DNA of 64,000 nt from Balanoglossus misakiensis. Its lineage: Eukaryota; Animalia; Hemichordata. The translations under genes were made by a program, and so were the position numbers. This document shows, in pieces, positions 40,448 through 54,521 of the stretch; the stretch's first letter is position 1, and every line of letters starts with the position of its first letter. Below the pieces are notes generated by a model. It did no database searches. It saw only the letters and a list, made by a program, of their open reading frames with translations, and was not told the origin of the DNA. Where the stretch lies: NCBI GenBank assembly GCA_040954595.2, contig CM082579.2:11273625-11337624 (forward strand). Reading direction: 5' to 3'.

Positions 40448-41833
40448 ACACCTGAACATAATCTGTTGTTTGGAATGAAACATGACTGTATCACGCAGAG
40501 TCACAACGCTGGATACCATTCAGCTTATGATAGGCATGGCTCGAGATTTTATTCAGAATCTTAAGGCAACAAATTACCAAATGAAGTCAATTAAAACCAG
40601 GAGACGTGCTGAGATGTACTGTTTGTTAATAGCCAGTGTTCTTGTTGCATTCATAGAAGTAGAAGTAGTAGGACGCCTGCGTATATCATGCAAAGTAGTG
40701 GCAACCTCTGCTACGTGATTCTTACGGCGCTCATTGTGTGTAATGAATAGGTTCACTCCAAGGGAAACACGTCGAGGAAAAAGTACCTTGATGCTGTCGT
40801 TGTCACGGAGAGTGTGTCTGAATGGGAGTGCTGCCTGGTTTCCAATGGCACATGTTTCTTTGCTTTCGATCACACCGCCAACTTTATGGCGTATAACCTA
40901 ATTCATTCTGCGAGATTTGTTTGACGTTCCAAGTAGTTTCAAGGACCCACGCCACAGCCATTACTTGTCGGTGCCTCACACAGGATAGTTGGCAAACCAG
41001 GGATATGAATTATTGAAGGTACTTCTGTTTGTGAGACCTCTCCGAAACACAGTTAATTTTTACATACCAGATATAATGTTCAGTTTGTTATACAACAGTA
41101 GTGAGTGGAATAAGTAATGCACCGCTAACAAGTTGAAACCTGAAAGCATGAAAACTCCTCACTGATTTAAAGTCTGTCTGTAATTGTCTCATTGTCACAT
41201 GGAATCAGAACACACTGAAATGATTTATCCGACAAATAAAACACATTAGCAGTAATAATCATCACACCACAGTCATTTTGATTCCGGTTATATACAATGT
41301 CATTTGCGATTCTTGTCAAATTCGAGTGTTTGGTTTATTTGCACGAATAACCACGGAAAGAATCCTTAATTTTTTAAAAGAACCCTTTAAAGCTTACAAT
41401 AACAGTTATATATCACAGACATGTTGACCAGATATACTGCTACGTTCTGTGGAGACAAAGAAAGTGGATGTGTCGTGGATGATAAAATGAGAGAAACAGA
41501 TAATTGCGAAGTAATCGTGAACGTCAATGTGTGTGTGCATGTGTGTGTGTGTGTGTGTGTGTGGGAGGGGTGCCTATATCTTTTTTCTGAGATAAATGGT
41601 ACGATATACTCATTTGCCGATATTTTGACCTTTAAAAATTAGACAAACGCTAACGTAAGCTATTTGTTATTCCTATTCCGATCAAGGCAGACGCTTAAAT
41701 TTTCACCCATACTCATGTATGTGTAAACATGATTCTCTAAGTCAAATTTCTTTCAATGTGGAAAGGAAATATTCACTTTTCAAAATGTAATAAATGTCGT
41801 AAATGGTTATCTGGCGAAGAGATATCAGTTAGA

Positions 41834-41885
41834 TTATAGTCAGATGCTTCATGTCGTGTTATAGTCAGATGCTTCATGTCGTGTT
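41834..41885 (+). repeat. Perfect 25-bp tandem duplication
   Basis: ttatagtcagatgcttcatgtcgtg x2. Confidence 0.9.
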
Positions 41886-44800
41886 TACACTTGAAGCTAT
41901 TCAAATCCTCACAATGCAAGCAAAGAGCTGGATTTCGCAAATCCATTTCTTCTTTCAGCTCGGTATAATTTTCTTAAATGGCAATTACCGGTGTTTGATG
42001 TCTTTTCCTCCACAGTCTGACTCGTTTACTAGCTGCGTAGACGATTTTTTTCCCTTCTAAACCTTAATATGGAAATTTAACGAACTCCGAAATAGTATAT
42101 GTTACCGTAAATTGGATCATTTAAAGTCATATACTTTCACGGGTCATGTTTTATACCTGTGTGACATTATCAGGAATTACAGATCAATCGTCTTACTATA
42201 TCAACTATACCCTTGGGTTTTCAACTAGCCATACATGACGCGTTTTCATTCTACACTTATCCACCGTTTGTTAAACTGGCAAGGTCTTAATGATTGAAGG
42301 AATCTCCAAGTGGGAATTGCACAAGGTTGGTGATAATGGAATAAAGACACGAAATCGGACTACAGCCCACAGCTACGCACGCACAATTCTATTATGCATC
42401 AGGCGAAACGTGAAATACCTCGGAATCAACCAAGATGCTCTTGAAATGTCGCTAAAATGTCAGTGCGCGAGGCCAGTGAACGATTCCATTATTCCACAGT
42501 GTTGGGCGAATGAACGAAGGCTGTATAGTGTGTAACCGCTACCCGTCTGTCCGACAATACTATAGTATCGACAGCATAGCGTGTAAATTCTTTCCTTCTT
42601 TTCTTTGGCGCTTGTATTTGTGTTGCACTACGATCCAATGTGCCCACTAGTTGTTTAAAACACGTTTTCATAAACACTTGTCTTGGCAGATTTTATTTCA
42701 TCACGATTTCTTTCAATTTTTTTTCCAATCTATTAATTCAGGCGAGAAATATTTCATTTATTAGTTGTCTACTGGAATTTAAAACTTCAACAAGAATGGT
42801 ATATTCCAAATTGATAAAAACTGCTGCAGACACTGAACATACAAAAGTCTAATTGCAGTAAAAGACTTGGCACCCCCCCTCCCCCGCTGACTTGCAACCG
42901 GAGTAATTAAGATGAGTGTGTTTTGAATTCAATAGCTGGAATCTAAATATATTGTAATTCTTCACTGCATTATGTCGAACAGACCTGCCTCTGCAAAGAG
43001 CATGGTTGAGAGTCTGGATTGCCAACTCCATTACACAGGATTCCCTTCAGAATGCTTATTCAATATCTAGGATCACATCTGCAATTGACAATAACAACAC
43101 AACAAAGCACGGGAATAGGCTAATGTCATGTCTGGTACGGGTTACGCATGGAAGCGTCAATGAGAGGTCTTGTGCACTATCTTACCATGTTAAACGACAG
43201 TTATACAGCGTCATCTTTGATTCTTGATGATGACGCTTGAATTCTAATTTATTTTGAAGATCATACACTTACAGTAGTGTACAGTACGAAAATGTGTTCA
43301 TTTACATATAATCAGAATGTATGCAAGAAAACATGGATCATTGTTTTTTCAAGTCGATGTTTTCATCATTTCCATCTCCAGGTGGATGAACACGTACCAT
43401 GGAAGTGAAATATATTGAAGCAAAAATACCAGAAACGAAAGACCTTTGTAATGTGCAAATTACCAGCAATAACAAAAGGTGAATCCTACTGACATCACTG
43501 ACGTCATATACAATGTATTCTAATTTCATAAGTATGCACAGCCTGGGATAATATACCTTCATGTAGAACGTCGTAAAATTATCAAAACACCATTACAAAA
43601 CTATTCGAACAGGTATAAATCTCCTGCAAATTGTTTTTAAAGCTACCCCATGAGTTGTGTAGCTTGCTGACAGAGCTTCGGCGAATGCGAAACCTTTAGC
43701 AGGTTTGACGCAGCAGACACGGATTTAGACACTAGAGTTCACCCTTCAAAGCACCATCAATCAACACATATTATTTATCATGTAAATTGCATCTACCGAC
43801 GAAAATGATTGACCATAAGGTTTCGGCATTGGCTGAAATTTAAGACGACCTTCACGACTTTGCTGGCAGGCAGGCGGAATAGCTCTAAATGTCCAGTCGT
43901 GGTTCGTTTCGTTAGTTATGTCAGCCAAACATGACCGGTTAGCTGTCCTTGGAGGTTATCTGTCATTCAATGGTGTGCAGCATGGTAAATGTAATTGTAT
44001 ACATTGCCAATGGCAAATTAATGAACAAACATCTCGAGTTTTACCAGACGTGAAAAAATACAAGACGTCGACGGAGCTCTGGTTTTGGACTCTAAATAAC
44101 AAAAAGAGCCAGATCTGGATTTTCGCCCGTGAACGAACAAAACATTCTGTATTTGAACGTGGAGAGTCACTAGCCAAGATAACCTCATCACTGTCTTCTC
44201 ATTTACACACACCCAAGTCCCCGCTTTGTCATAAAACTAACCGTACAAAACCACCATAACCAAGGATTTTCCGGGGAAAAATTTGCCAGAGCAAACGTCT
44301 TGTTCGAAACAAATGATTGAAAAGTTCATTGCTACCCACCGAAATAAGTCGACAGATTATGTGGTTGTCGTATAATAGGCCGAAACCAACTGATCCCGCA
44401 ATCTTGAAAATGCAGTATGACAGACAGGTAATCATCAAATCTTACAGAATATCTCAGAGGTAACTCATGGTACAGAGTTGGTACGGTGCGCTGTTCATTC
44501 ATTTCTCATATGAGATGAGCAGAAGATCCTCACTTTAAATTAACCATATATCACTTATATGATTGCTATCGATTGTCATAATCAGATTGCTAATTATATT
44601 TACGTATATATGAAGAGTACGGCATGTAAACTGATACAATTTGTACCTATAGATTTGACAGTTTCCATCGTTTTACGTGGTTCCTTATGTTACAATTGTC
44701 TCTCCAGGAAACAATTTGGATGAAATAATTCAAATAGTATGGTTTTTGACTCCATCAGTCAATTTCTGAAGTTTTACAGTAATTCATGACCAATGCTAAA

Positions 44801-47194
44801 TAGTTTTAATCCTAAACAATTTAACACATTCTTCGAACCACTAGTGGAGAATATTTAATTAATATTACATTTGTTTCGGTTTGGTTAGTTTTTGGCGATG
44901 GTGTCTGATATAAGCTCAGGAACTCTTCACTGGGTTTCCACATATTTAATTAACCGAACGATATTATGCAAATTAGAGGACTTCCTCACTGAAATCAGAC
45001 CCATGATGCATCTTTTAATGTGTAGTGTTTTCGTGAAATGATTACATCGGTCCAAAAAATTCAATCTTTGCTGCATAATTGAAATCGTGATTTTCTACTG
45101 ACAAAGCTAACTGTATCGGTAAAATGAACAAATTGCTTGTTATCACGCATACTTGTATTCCTCCTACCAATAAATGCCTGTTTTCTGCTCAAGGGAAGCG
45201 CAAACACACAGACATTTACGGCTGAATGACATACTGTTTGCTCATTGCCAATGTTCGCTCATCTTGATCATTTAATTCATTTAAACACGGTGTGTTCTTC
45301 CTAGGGATGTGACTACGAAGAGTATCGACATACCTATCGACGATAATCATACAAACGCCACATTTACTGCTACAAACATAACATCTTGAAGCTGTCTTTT
45401 TGTCAAAGTATAAAAACCATTTGTGTTACAACAATCCTAAAAATGCATTTAGGAAGGGATGATAATTAGCTATACTGCATGTATGGTAGGGTGCACACCG
45501 TATCTGGTGCTATCATGGAAGTTCGAAATAAGTATGTTGCAGGCACTGTGTGCAAAAAAACAGTGGCTGTATGTTGCGTTCTTTTGTTTGATCAAATGAA
45601 AACACTGACCTAGATATAACTGGGTACTCTATATAAATCATCTTCCTAAATCAATTAAAGGTGTTTCCAGACATACAGATATGTCAACGACAGTCAAGAA
45701 ATGCCAGGTGGACGCAAACGTGGTTATAATCTGTGCGGAAGGTTGGAGTGCGTGTAGATAGTTAGTTGGTTATAATGGATACGTACTTGTCATCAACCGT
45801 GCCGTGCCGAGATTTATCAAAATATTAAGTGTAATTCTAGCTAACGCAGCTTAATTGAAATCTCCGATCAAATAGAAGACATCGCTTCACGGATCTTTGC
45901 ATCCTCTAAGTTAGATCTTATTTTAAAATGCCTTGACGCGACGTACGACTCCCTAGTATCTCATTAGCCATCAGTCATCGACGTACCTACATACTGTAGC
46001 TTTCAAATATCATTATACAATGTGGCCAAGAGTGTCTAATTCTTCAAACAGAAAACATCGAGACAAAATGTTTGACCCTTTCTCACAATCCTGTCACACC
46101 AAGACGATTATAATCCCACAGCGGTTAGTTTGAAACATATGATTCAATGTCAATCTAAGAATAGACAGTCCATAAGCTAGGAGATTGACTTCTATCTGAG
46201 ATCACGTAAACTACTTTCGTACAATTGTATACAGCGCATTTGTTTCGCCCGTATCATATTCGTTATCCAGGCTACTTGTTTTAAATTTCGGGTAAAGGGG
46301 CCTCCCTGAAAACGTAGGGAGAAGGTACCCAGACGAGCTGGCCAAACCGTGCCGATCGAACGATGCGCCCGTATGTGAATAAACATACACTCATCAATCC
46401 AGACAGTACAAAAATTAATATATGTTTTTCACTACTAACAATCATCTACAGCTCTCTGCCTGTTACAAGATACGTAAATGAGTTCACTGTCGCTTCACGT
46501 TTACAGTTTACAGTTTACGCACTGGCAAAGTCACTGGGTCTGAAGGTAATGTACACGAGCTGGGCCCAGAAGAGGATGGTGATCTCCAAACATCTCCACG
46601 CCAAAGTATCAGAACAGCCAAATACTGCATACCACGCCCCGTCAATCTGTACTACATCATTCTTCCGGTCTAAACCTTCCAAGCACACCCCCTCGGTTCT
46701 AGGAATTACCGCGGGTGGCCGCTGTATAGGGAATAATGGTTGAATTTGTTACACTCAGAAGTATTTATCAGATCAGCAATTGGAAGCCATGATGAGACAC
46801 GTAGATCACACTGCACTTTTAATCGTACTCGAGTTTGAATAGAACAAGTTGGAAAATGTGTGAGAAATCATGACAAAATACAGATCAAAACCGTTGTTAT
46901 GCGTAAAATTCTACCGGGGGGGGGGGGGGTAAAATTCCTCCCAGGTTGTTCACAAAAGCTGAGCAGACGATTCCCAGCGACCACTTCCAAGTTGAAGTCG
47001 TTAGATCAAGGTTCCTCATGTTTGAGCGATTTTTAAAATGACGGCAACCAAAAAATACAAAAGTATATATATTTTCACTCTTTTAACCTAAACCTACAAA
47101 ATATCAAAGTACTAACTATTGCCTTGCCTAAACACAATAATTAGACTCAATTTCTTTATATCTACTGTCCGCCATATTTTTATGCAAATAATTT

Positions 47195-47289
47195 CTACAG
47201 AGCTGCCCGAGTTATTAGTGTTAGAGCAGAGGTAGGGGCAGAACTTCTTCCCCGAGTATCACGGCTGTGCATTCTCGGGCGACTCGTAG
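47195..47289. repeat. Short imperfect inverted repeat (mini-MITE-like)
   Basis: ctacagagctgcccgag ... ctcgggcgactcgtag. Confidence 0.45.
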
Positions 47290-47993
47290 CTGCTTCAAGG
47301 AGCATAATCGAAAGGCACACTTGAAAACGAATGCTGGATCAGATATTTGTGTGTGCGTATTAAGTCTCTGACTCGACTGGAGTGTCATGCTATATGCCAT
47401 ATAGCATAACCTATGAGCTCCGTCATTTACGTCACCGTCGATAGAGCTGCGCTGGTAGTTACGTCGTTATCTAGACAAAGTCACCCCTCAAAAATACAAA
47501 AATAAATAAATAAATACCTACTCGCTACCATTATAGTGGCAATGACGTTGACAATATAATATGTCCCATGGGCACATGATGCGATCATGGGAATATAGAG
47601 CTGTGGGTAAACAGTTTTAATTGACGCTGGAGTAACCATGGATCGGTGACAGTTGTTGTCAGGTCACTTTAGAATCGAGTTTTATTTAGTTTTACTATGC
47701 TGGTTTCACCAGACGTCTATTCTTTACTGAAGTATGTGCAGGACTACAGTGGTGACAAAACACACACTAGCGCCATGTTTGTATTGATATTGTCGTGGAC
47801 TTGTGGCATGATCAAAGACGACGGGTATATCGTCGTTAAATATCGGAAAAGTTTTCTTCCCTCCTATTGGGCTACCGACATTGCTTGGATAATGTATGCC
47901 AGGAATGTACGGCGACGGTGGCGCCGCATGCATCTGCTATGTAATGTAAACAGCAAAACACGCTGTGTTGCTATGTGTTACTGCCTGTGGATG

Positions 47994-48052
47994 CTGACAA
48001 GTTAGACATTAATATTCATAAAACTGACAAGTTAGACATTAATATTCATAAA
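47994..48052 (+). repeat. 30-bp tandem duplication
   Basis: ctgacaagttagacattaatattcataaa(a) x2. Confidence 0.9.
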
Positions 48053-51026
48053 GACCAAACGTATGCAGGCGTAATTGGCAGCATACTCCTGATGCCAAGT
48101 TGGAAAGAGGAAAGTATAGTAGTACTTTCAGACAGTGAAGGCGCTGTTCGCGACTTCCACGATGACAGTACAGCAATGTATATTCTCCATACATTCAAAC
48201 TCAATAAACTTGCATTGTCACTCAGAGCACAAGGAAAACGATCTCCAATAATGACGGTGATGATGAGATAACGATTAGATATTTTTTTTAAACTTTAAGA
48301 TAAAAAATATTTTTGGAGTCCGTAAATTTGTTGATAATGATAACGGTTAGATAATAACAAAGAAATAAAAACAAAAACATATTTGGACTTCGTAAATTTG
48401 TTGTTGTTGCTGCTGCTTGTTAATGTTGTTTGTTGTTGCTAGTGTAGTAGGTTGTAAGGCGCCACCGCAGTCAGCTAACAAGTGTATGGTCTTCGCGTAT
48501 GGAAACAATTGAGGGTCCGTTAGAGTGGGATTGCATTGGATTGAAGTCTTGATAACAAAGGGACCGGTGAAGACAGAAATTCTTGCTCATTCATTTATAT
48601 TCAGTAATTTTTTCAACAGATTTTTCTTCATATGTAAATTGACCTATTTTTTTTATCATGGCTGTCCATATTTACACCATAGTATGCCTATAGCAATGAA
48701 AACAACGCATTATACGAATGTGTTGTATGGTCGCATGCGCATGTGCCTGTTATGGTAAATATTAACCCCCCTCCCCTCATTGAATATGGAAAATCAGGAT
48801 GACCCCCTAGTGGTGGTGAGCACCTACAGCAAGGTAGAAGGTCAGGCGGTAGGAAGAGTTCACCAAAAGAGGGCGCATTCCGTGCCAGTACGAGCAGAGA
48901 GGCCTCAGTGTTCCGGTTAGAATAGTATCGGTAAGACAAAGAAGACAGAAGAGTTGACAGACAACAAACTTATTCAGTTTATGTATCATATAATTCTTAC
49001 TATAAAACGTTCCCTGAATAAAGCCCTGTGGTTTTATTAGACCGCAAGTTTGACACAATCAATATGACCTTTAGTGTACCTGAAGATATAGCCTTATCTT
49101 GGTAAATAAATAAGTTGAAATGCCAGACTCGATCTTGTGTTGGTCACGACACGTACGAAACACAAAACTTCTCGAACACAATCACTAAAATAACAATGCT
49201 TAAGTAGTTGGCCAGTTGCGACTTGCATGACATTAGTGAAAATGTGTCTGAGGACAGACGTGACTCGAATTTCATTTATTCCCTATATGTTTGTCACGAC
49301 GCAAAGAATAACAAAGAAGAAAGAACGATTGTAGTGATAAAATTCATATGACCACACCTTCACACGGTTGATTGCAAACACTTTATTATCCCCTGCCAAC
49401 ACTGGTTCTTACCCTTTGTGTTAAAATCTATCTACCAAAGACCCATTTTAACTTCGCCCGGGCTTCCAGACTGTTACTCTTGGTAGCCGTCTGCCCCCTC
49501 AAGAATTCAACCACAATTTCTCATCTATAACGCACACGCAATTAAAGATTGGCGTAGTCAGATTGTTCGCAACATTTATCACCCAGGTAAAATTGCCCGA
49601 AGATTTACGTTACTAGGGGTAACATGCTCATGGTTTGGAAAGTGCCATCAGATGCAGATGGTTTTGTATTATGATTTGTGAATATCCTCGGTCAGGAATA
49701 ACATTCTTCCGTTCACATCTGTTGATTTAATCAGGGATGGTGTGAAATTTGCACTGAGTGTATAGACTAAGACATAACTTAAGTATATATGTCAAGGATT
49801 TGCGGCATGTAAATATTAAACTTAATTATGAAATAAAGGACGTGTGTGCGTAGCTGCCCTCTCTGTTGTATTATATTTACGTAATTATGACTATCACAAA
49901 GGGCAGGGATCCAATCTTTAAAATTGCGTGAACGTCTACTTTTTCAAAACATTAGTTTGAAATCAGTTCAGTAACTTTTTAGTATGTAGTTTCAAGGATC
50001 AGGATGAAATATTACTACGTCCAAAGCTATTGAGTAGATAATTCGTGCACTTGTATACTGATATGGGCGTACATTGAACCGTGGAAATCAATACACAGTG
50101 GTCATAAAAGATGTTATTCGTATCGCACTGACGGTTTTGTTGTGCCTTGTGGTGAATTCTGTCGTAATTATGGCCCGGTTCCAGCGAAAACCAAACGTAT
50201 TTGAACCCGGAAACTGAACAACATACAAGTAGTGCCACACCCCATGCTTCACTGATCACGACTTTGCTGAATACAATACATACTTCAAATATACTTCAAT
50301 GCACACTAGATAGTTGGCGAGATAAGACTTTATGAGTATCGTGAAAAGTGTCAAGAGGTCTGAAAAGACTAAAACAAACCTGCCTATATATTTCACAGTA
50401 AAAGCTGACAAGACAGAGAGAAAAAGTATTTTTAGCGTGGTGACGACACAAAGTTGCCAAAAAAGTAGAAGGAGAATAGAACAATGTAATACCAATGGCC
50501 CCGTCTACGCGAGTACTGTGCATTACAGTATATTGTGAGACGTTGATCTCTTACAAAACACAGTTTTCACATTCATTTTACTCCCCAACCTTTTAAAACT
50601 GAATGTAGCTCACCAGATACTTACACTTCACTGAACGAGGTTGTGATAGGTTTCACGTCCAGATACATCATACAATATCATTCTACAGCTTATTTTTTAT
50701 AATTACTTAACTCAGTTTGTCTCAAGACTATCTGATCTATATTTCAATGCGTGTTGTATCGACTTTGTGAAAAGAATACAATTTTGCTACATTTTCTCCA
50801 TTAAAACACATGCAAAGTTTACAACAAAACACAAAGTACCATTGTCTTGTATGATCATATTACGACAATCATGTCTCGTATATGTTTGTTAAGTCTGTCT
50901 TGTATCCGGTTATTTAAGCAACAGGAAATAAAGTTGTTTACATCAAAGCCATGGTTACGAGTCATGTAAACAAAGCCTTTGTTAACTCATAGACCCTGGA
51001 GCGAAACCAGGGTCTACAGATAAAAC

Positions 51027-51034
51027 TATATAAG
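51027..51034 (+). promoter_or_regulatory. TATA box of the VWDE-like gene
   Basis: TATATAAG ~49 nt upstream of the ATG at 51076, with an Inr-like TCATT at 51064-51068. Confidence 0.6.
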
Positions 51035-51075
51035 TATAGTGTGAGTGGTAGCAGCTAGGTGTCTCATTTGGCAAG

Positions 51076-51433
51076 ATGAAGACAATCGGAAAGTTTTTGC
51101 TGCTCTGTCTCTGTGCTTCCACAGTCCAGTGTCAGTGGTGGTTTTCAACCCCATGCCCGTATTATTATTATTATGGGTGGCCATACTGTACTACTACAGT
51201 TTCACCTGAACCAACAACGCCAGACTGTGTTTGGGACAGCTGGACGGAATGCAGCGCGACTTGTGGCCCGAGTGGAACACAAACTTCAGAGTGTAAACTT
51301 GGCGACACAGTGGTGCGAACAAATGAACGAGAATGCAACAGAGTCTGCGTGAACAACGGCACATTGGCAAATGGCTATTGCTCGTGCCCTTTAGAATTCA
51401 CTGGTAACTGTTGCGAGCTGTCCGCAGAAGGAG
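51076..51433 (+). CDS. VWDE-like (von Willebrand factor D and EGF domain-containing) type I membrane protein, exon 1/15: signal peptide, Tyr/Trp-rich loop, TSP1, EGF
   Basis: MKTIGKFLLLCLCASTVQC signal peptide; WDSWTECSATCG TSP1 motif; CVNNG..CSCPLEFTGNCCE EGF. Donor G|GTATGT, phase 1. All 15 exons splice in frame with GT-AG introns (2940 nt, 979 aa). Confidence 0.9.
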
Positions 51434-51772
51434 GTATGTCATGTCGTTTTCTTATAGGCTAATTAACAGGTTGGGGTTATGGTTTTCACGTCAGGTGTTA
51501 AAACTTGTGATATTAGTGAAAGTATTATCATTGGAAATTTGTTCAAAATAACTATACGTCTATTTCTGTGACCATGATTCAATTTCCCCATTTTAGTAAA
51601 GCTCTTTAGAGGCATATGTACATTAAAACATGTAAATGAAATGTGGTAACTTATCTGTATCTCAGTTGGAATTGTTGTGACTCTACTGAAAAAAAGACTG
51701 CCGGCAAAAATACACTGTGTAGAGTTCGTTTATTTACTAGTATATTGCAAGCCATTTATTTGGTTCTCGCAG

Positions 51773-51972
51773 GTGTGGAATTGTCAAACAGCGTTGCCGG
51801 TTCCGAAGTCCTCTTTCACTGTGACTATGATCACGACACCGCCTCCCAGAGTGTTTCAATGCAGTTCGAATGGTATGTTGGGAACGAAATCGTATTTGAC
51901 GAGATTGTAAATGGTGCGTCAGCCAGATCCACGATGAAGCAAGCAAACTGGGAAGGTAAAATGGGATCTCAG
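51773..51972 (+). CDS. VWDE-like protein exon 2
   Basis: ctcgcag| acceptor, phase 1; ...FHCDYD...FEWYVG...MGSQ; donor CAG|GTGAGA. Confidence 0.87.
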
Positions 51973-53555
51973 GTGAGAAACGGAACACTTTTTTGCTGGC
52001 ACTGAGTTGATCGGAATTTACTTTAACTGAAGAGGTGATTTTGATGGATAGGCAGCGTACGAAAACTTTACAAGCGCCACTTCTGTGTTATTTGACTGAA
52101 GTGCGCATTTTGACACCACACAGGCGGTGGAGTAGATGATATTTAGGCACTGTTGAAAGAACAATGCCTTTGTCCCCAACCTGTCACGACTTTCTTCCTG
52201 GTAGTCATATTCAGGAAAGAAACTGCGTCACCAGTCAATGCATGCAACCGATGTTTTCTACACGCTGCCGTTAGTCGGGTGTGGGACATTCGTAGATTTT
52301 CTCTAAAAAACTAAGTAGTTGACAGCAGCAACGTAAAAATTGGTCTTGAAAACGATGTTTGAGAAACTGCCCAACGTTCAAAACACGTCAGTAATACTGT
52401 AACATTGAACCCTCATGATTTCGCAGGTTTTGCCTATTAATTTATAGAAAAAAATGTGGAATTAAGCCTGGAGATTTGTATTTTCAAAATTGAAAATTGC
52501 CTAGCATATGAAAGAAATCGGACATACCATTGTTAAATGGCACATTTAATATATAGAAAAATGACCCTTAAAGGAAGAGTGTCGGATAGCGAAAGAACGG
52601 CGAGGTGACGTGTCGATATCCTGAATAGTATTTGCACAGGATTTACCCATATTTTTAGACCTAGTGCATACTATTAAAATATTAATAAAACTCAACAATC
52701 GTTTAGTTTTGGAAACGAAAAAATCTTAGTATTGGTCACAGACTGAAGAGGTCTGCCCTGTACATGTAATCCATTGGTTGAACAGCCGGGTAGTGACCTT
52801 AATTCATCCTCAATTCAACAATTGATCGTTGATTTTAACTTTCACTTTTGATCATTCAAACAAACTCACCTAAATCAAAATAGTAATTTTGTAACATCAT
52901 TTCACGAAGTCAATAGGGAGAAAAGTGAATCCAGCCCACAAATTCACTAAAAATGTGTATTGTTCAGTGAAAATATCTATATTTTTCGTTAATTGGAAAA
53001 TGACTTTCACTCTGTGTCTGGAGTAGATATACACAATGAGTTGTTGTTTACAAGCTATTATGTGTATGCGTGAGCGTCAAGAGGTGAAAATGTCACTTAT
53101 GCTAAGAACGTTTGTATTCCCAATTGCTATGGGAACAAGAATACAATGGCGCGTTGTCGCAGCGGTATAGGTGAATAACTTTAATGCGTTAGCCTCAATC
53201 GTCAGAGTTTATTACAGGCGTGAGATATTTTGTTAACCATTTTCTCCTTGATTGCGCAGTGTATCCATGATCTTAATACGCTTCCTGACGTGAACTAAGA
53301 TGACTTCATGTACATATTTCATTTTCAGTGACATTATAATTTCGCTATACTATGCCACCACGAAACATTAGAGGATGGCGCTCGAAGATAAATGTCGCCA
53401 TTTTTGCGGACAGTACACTGGATCACACACTTGCACATCACCAAAGTACCGTGACGGTTGAGATGTTTATGGTGCACAATTATTTATTCTGAGTTTGCAC
53501 ATCGAAGTCTTGAATTAAAACACTATAGCAAATCAGTGATACTCTCATTTTACAG

Positions 53556-53636
53556 ATTCGCTGTGAAGTTCTGATTTTCGAAAATAACATATCCATTGGA
53601 AGAAAGCGAAGCACATCATTTTTCGCGGGAATCGAA
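53556..53636 (+). CDS. VWDE-like protein exon 3
   Basis: ttttacag|; IRCEVLIFENNISIGRKRSTSFFAGIE, containing the FFAGI motif typical of VWDE; |GTAAGT. Confidence 0.87.
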
Positions 53637-54054
53637 GTAAGTGGATCGAATATCACTCCCTCGCCCTGAAACGTCTTTTAGTTTTACTATTTTGAAAAAA
53701 TAAACGTGTACAATGAACGAAAGATTGATGGAATACGTGTAACATAGGTACTTGCTCTGGTGTGATTCGTCTGTTTCCCTGCTCCATTTCCGCCGCTGGC
53801 TGCGCTTCGCTTTCCTTTAATAAAGTATAACGCAGCCTGCGCGGTGGGAATCATGCAGTCACTCCACAAACTGACCCGGAAGCATTTCTTTGACAATGCA
53901 AGGAGGATTACGCATGGACATAAATCACAGTCACTCCACCGTGAAGTGACTGTGACATAATGTAATCCACTTCGCGTGTAATTACTCGCAATTTAGGTAT
54001 ATTATGCTTAATTCTTTGCATACCTGAATAACCGCATAGTTATTTTCAAAACAG

Positions 54055-54405
54055 GTACAAAACGATATCGATTTCATCGAAGTCTACGAGAATGACGACT
54101 CTGTGTCTATTGAGTTGGTGCCTACGGTCCCATTCCTGTGTTCGGCACCGAACTGTGTGGTTCAGATACCAGTCACAATTACAGAGAGATCTGGTCAGTA
54201 CGGGAAGTACGTCGATGCCGTTGTACAAGACCAGTGCGGAGTTTTTATGACATCGGACAACCCGGATGGTACGTACACAATACGGGTGAAGGCAAGACGT
54301 GACTTCTTCAGTGATGGTGACGGTGAAGTGCAGTTGGAATTTCAGCCGATACAAACACAACAGGCACCCTTGTGGAATAACTACCAAATTCCCCGTACTA
54401 TAACG
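54055..54405 (+). CDS. VWDE-like protein exon 4
   Basis: aaacag|VQNDIDF...PTVPFLC...VKARRDFFSDGD...LWNNYQIPRTIT|GTACGT; phase 0/0. Confidence 0.88.
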
Positions 54406-54469
54406 GTACGTATGGTTCTCCAAGTGATATCACAATTACGTAATTGTTTTCTTTACAAAATCGTTAAGC

Positions 54470-54514
<45 letters not shown>

Positions 54515-54521
54515 TATCATC
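54470..54521 (+). repeat. (TCA)n microsatellite in intron 4
   Basis: Direct reading. It produces the poly-Ser tail of track ORF 54103..54555. Confidence 0.9.

Noticed and set aside
40247-40564. Poly-His, poly-Asp, poly-Met and poly-Ile ORFs
   Set aside because: Translation artefacts of the (GAT)n/(GCT)n microsatellite.
47697-48271. ORFs with a YRKSFLP motif resembling a LINE ORF2 end
   Set aside because: No RT motifs nearby; the second ORF owes its repeat to a 30-bp tandem duplication.
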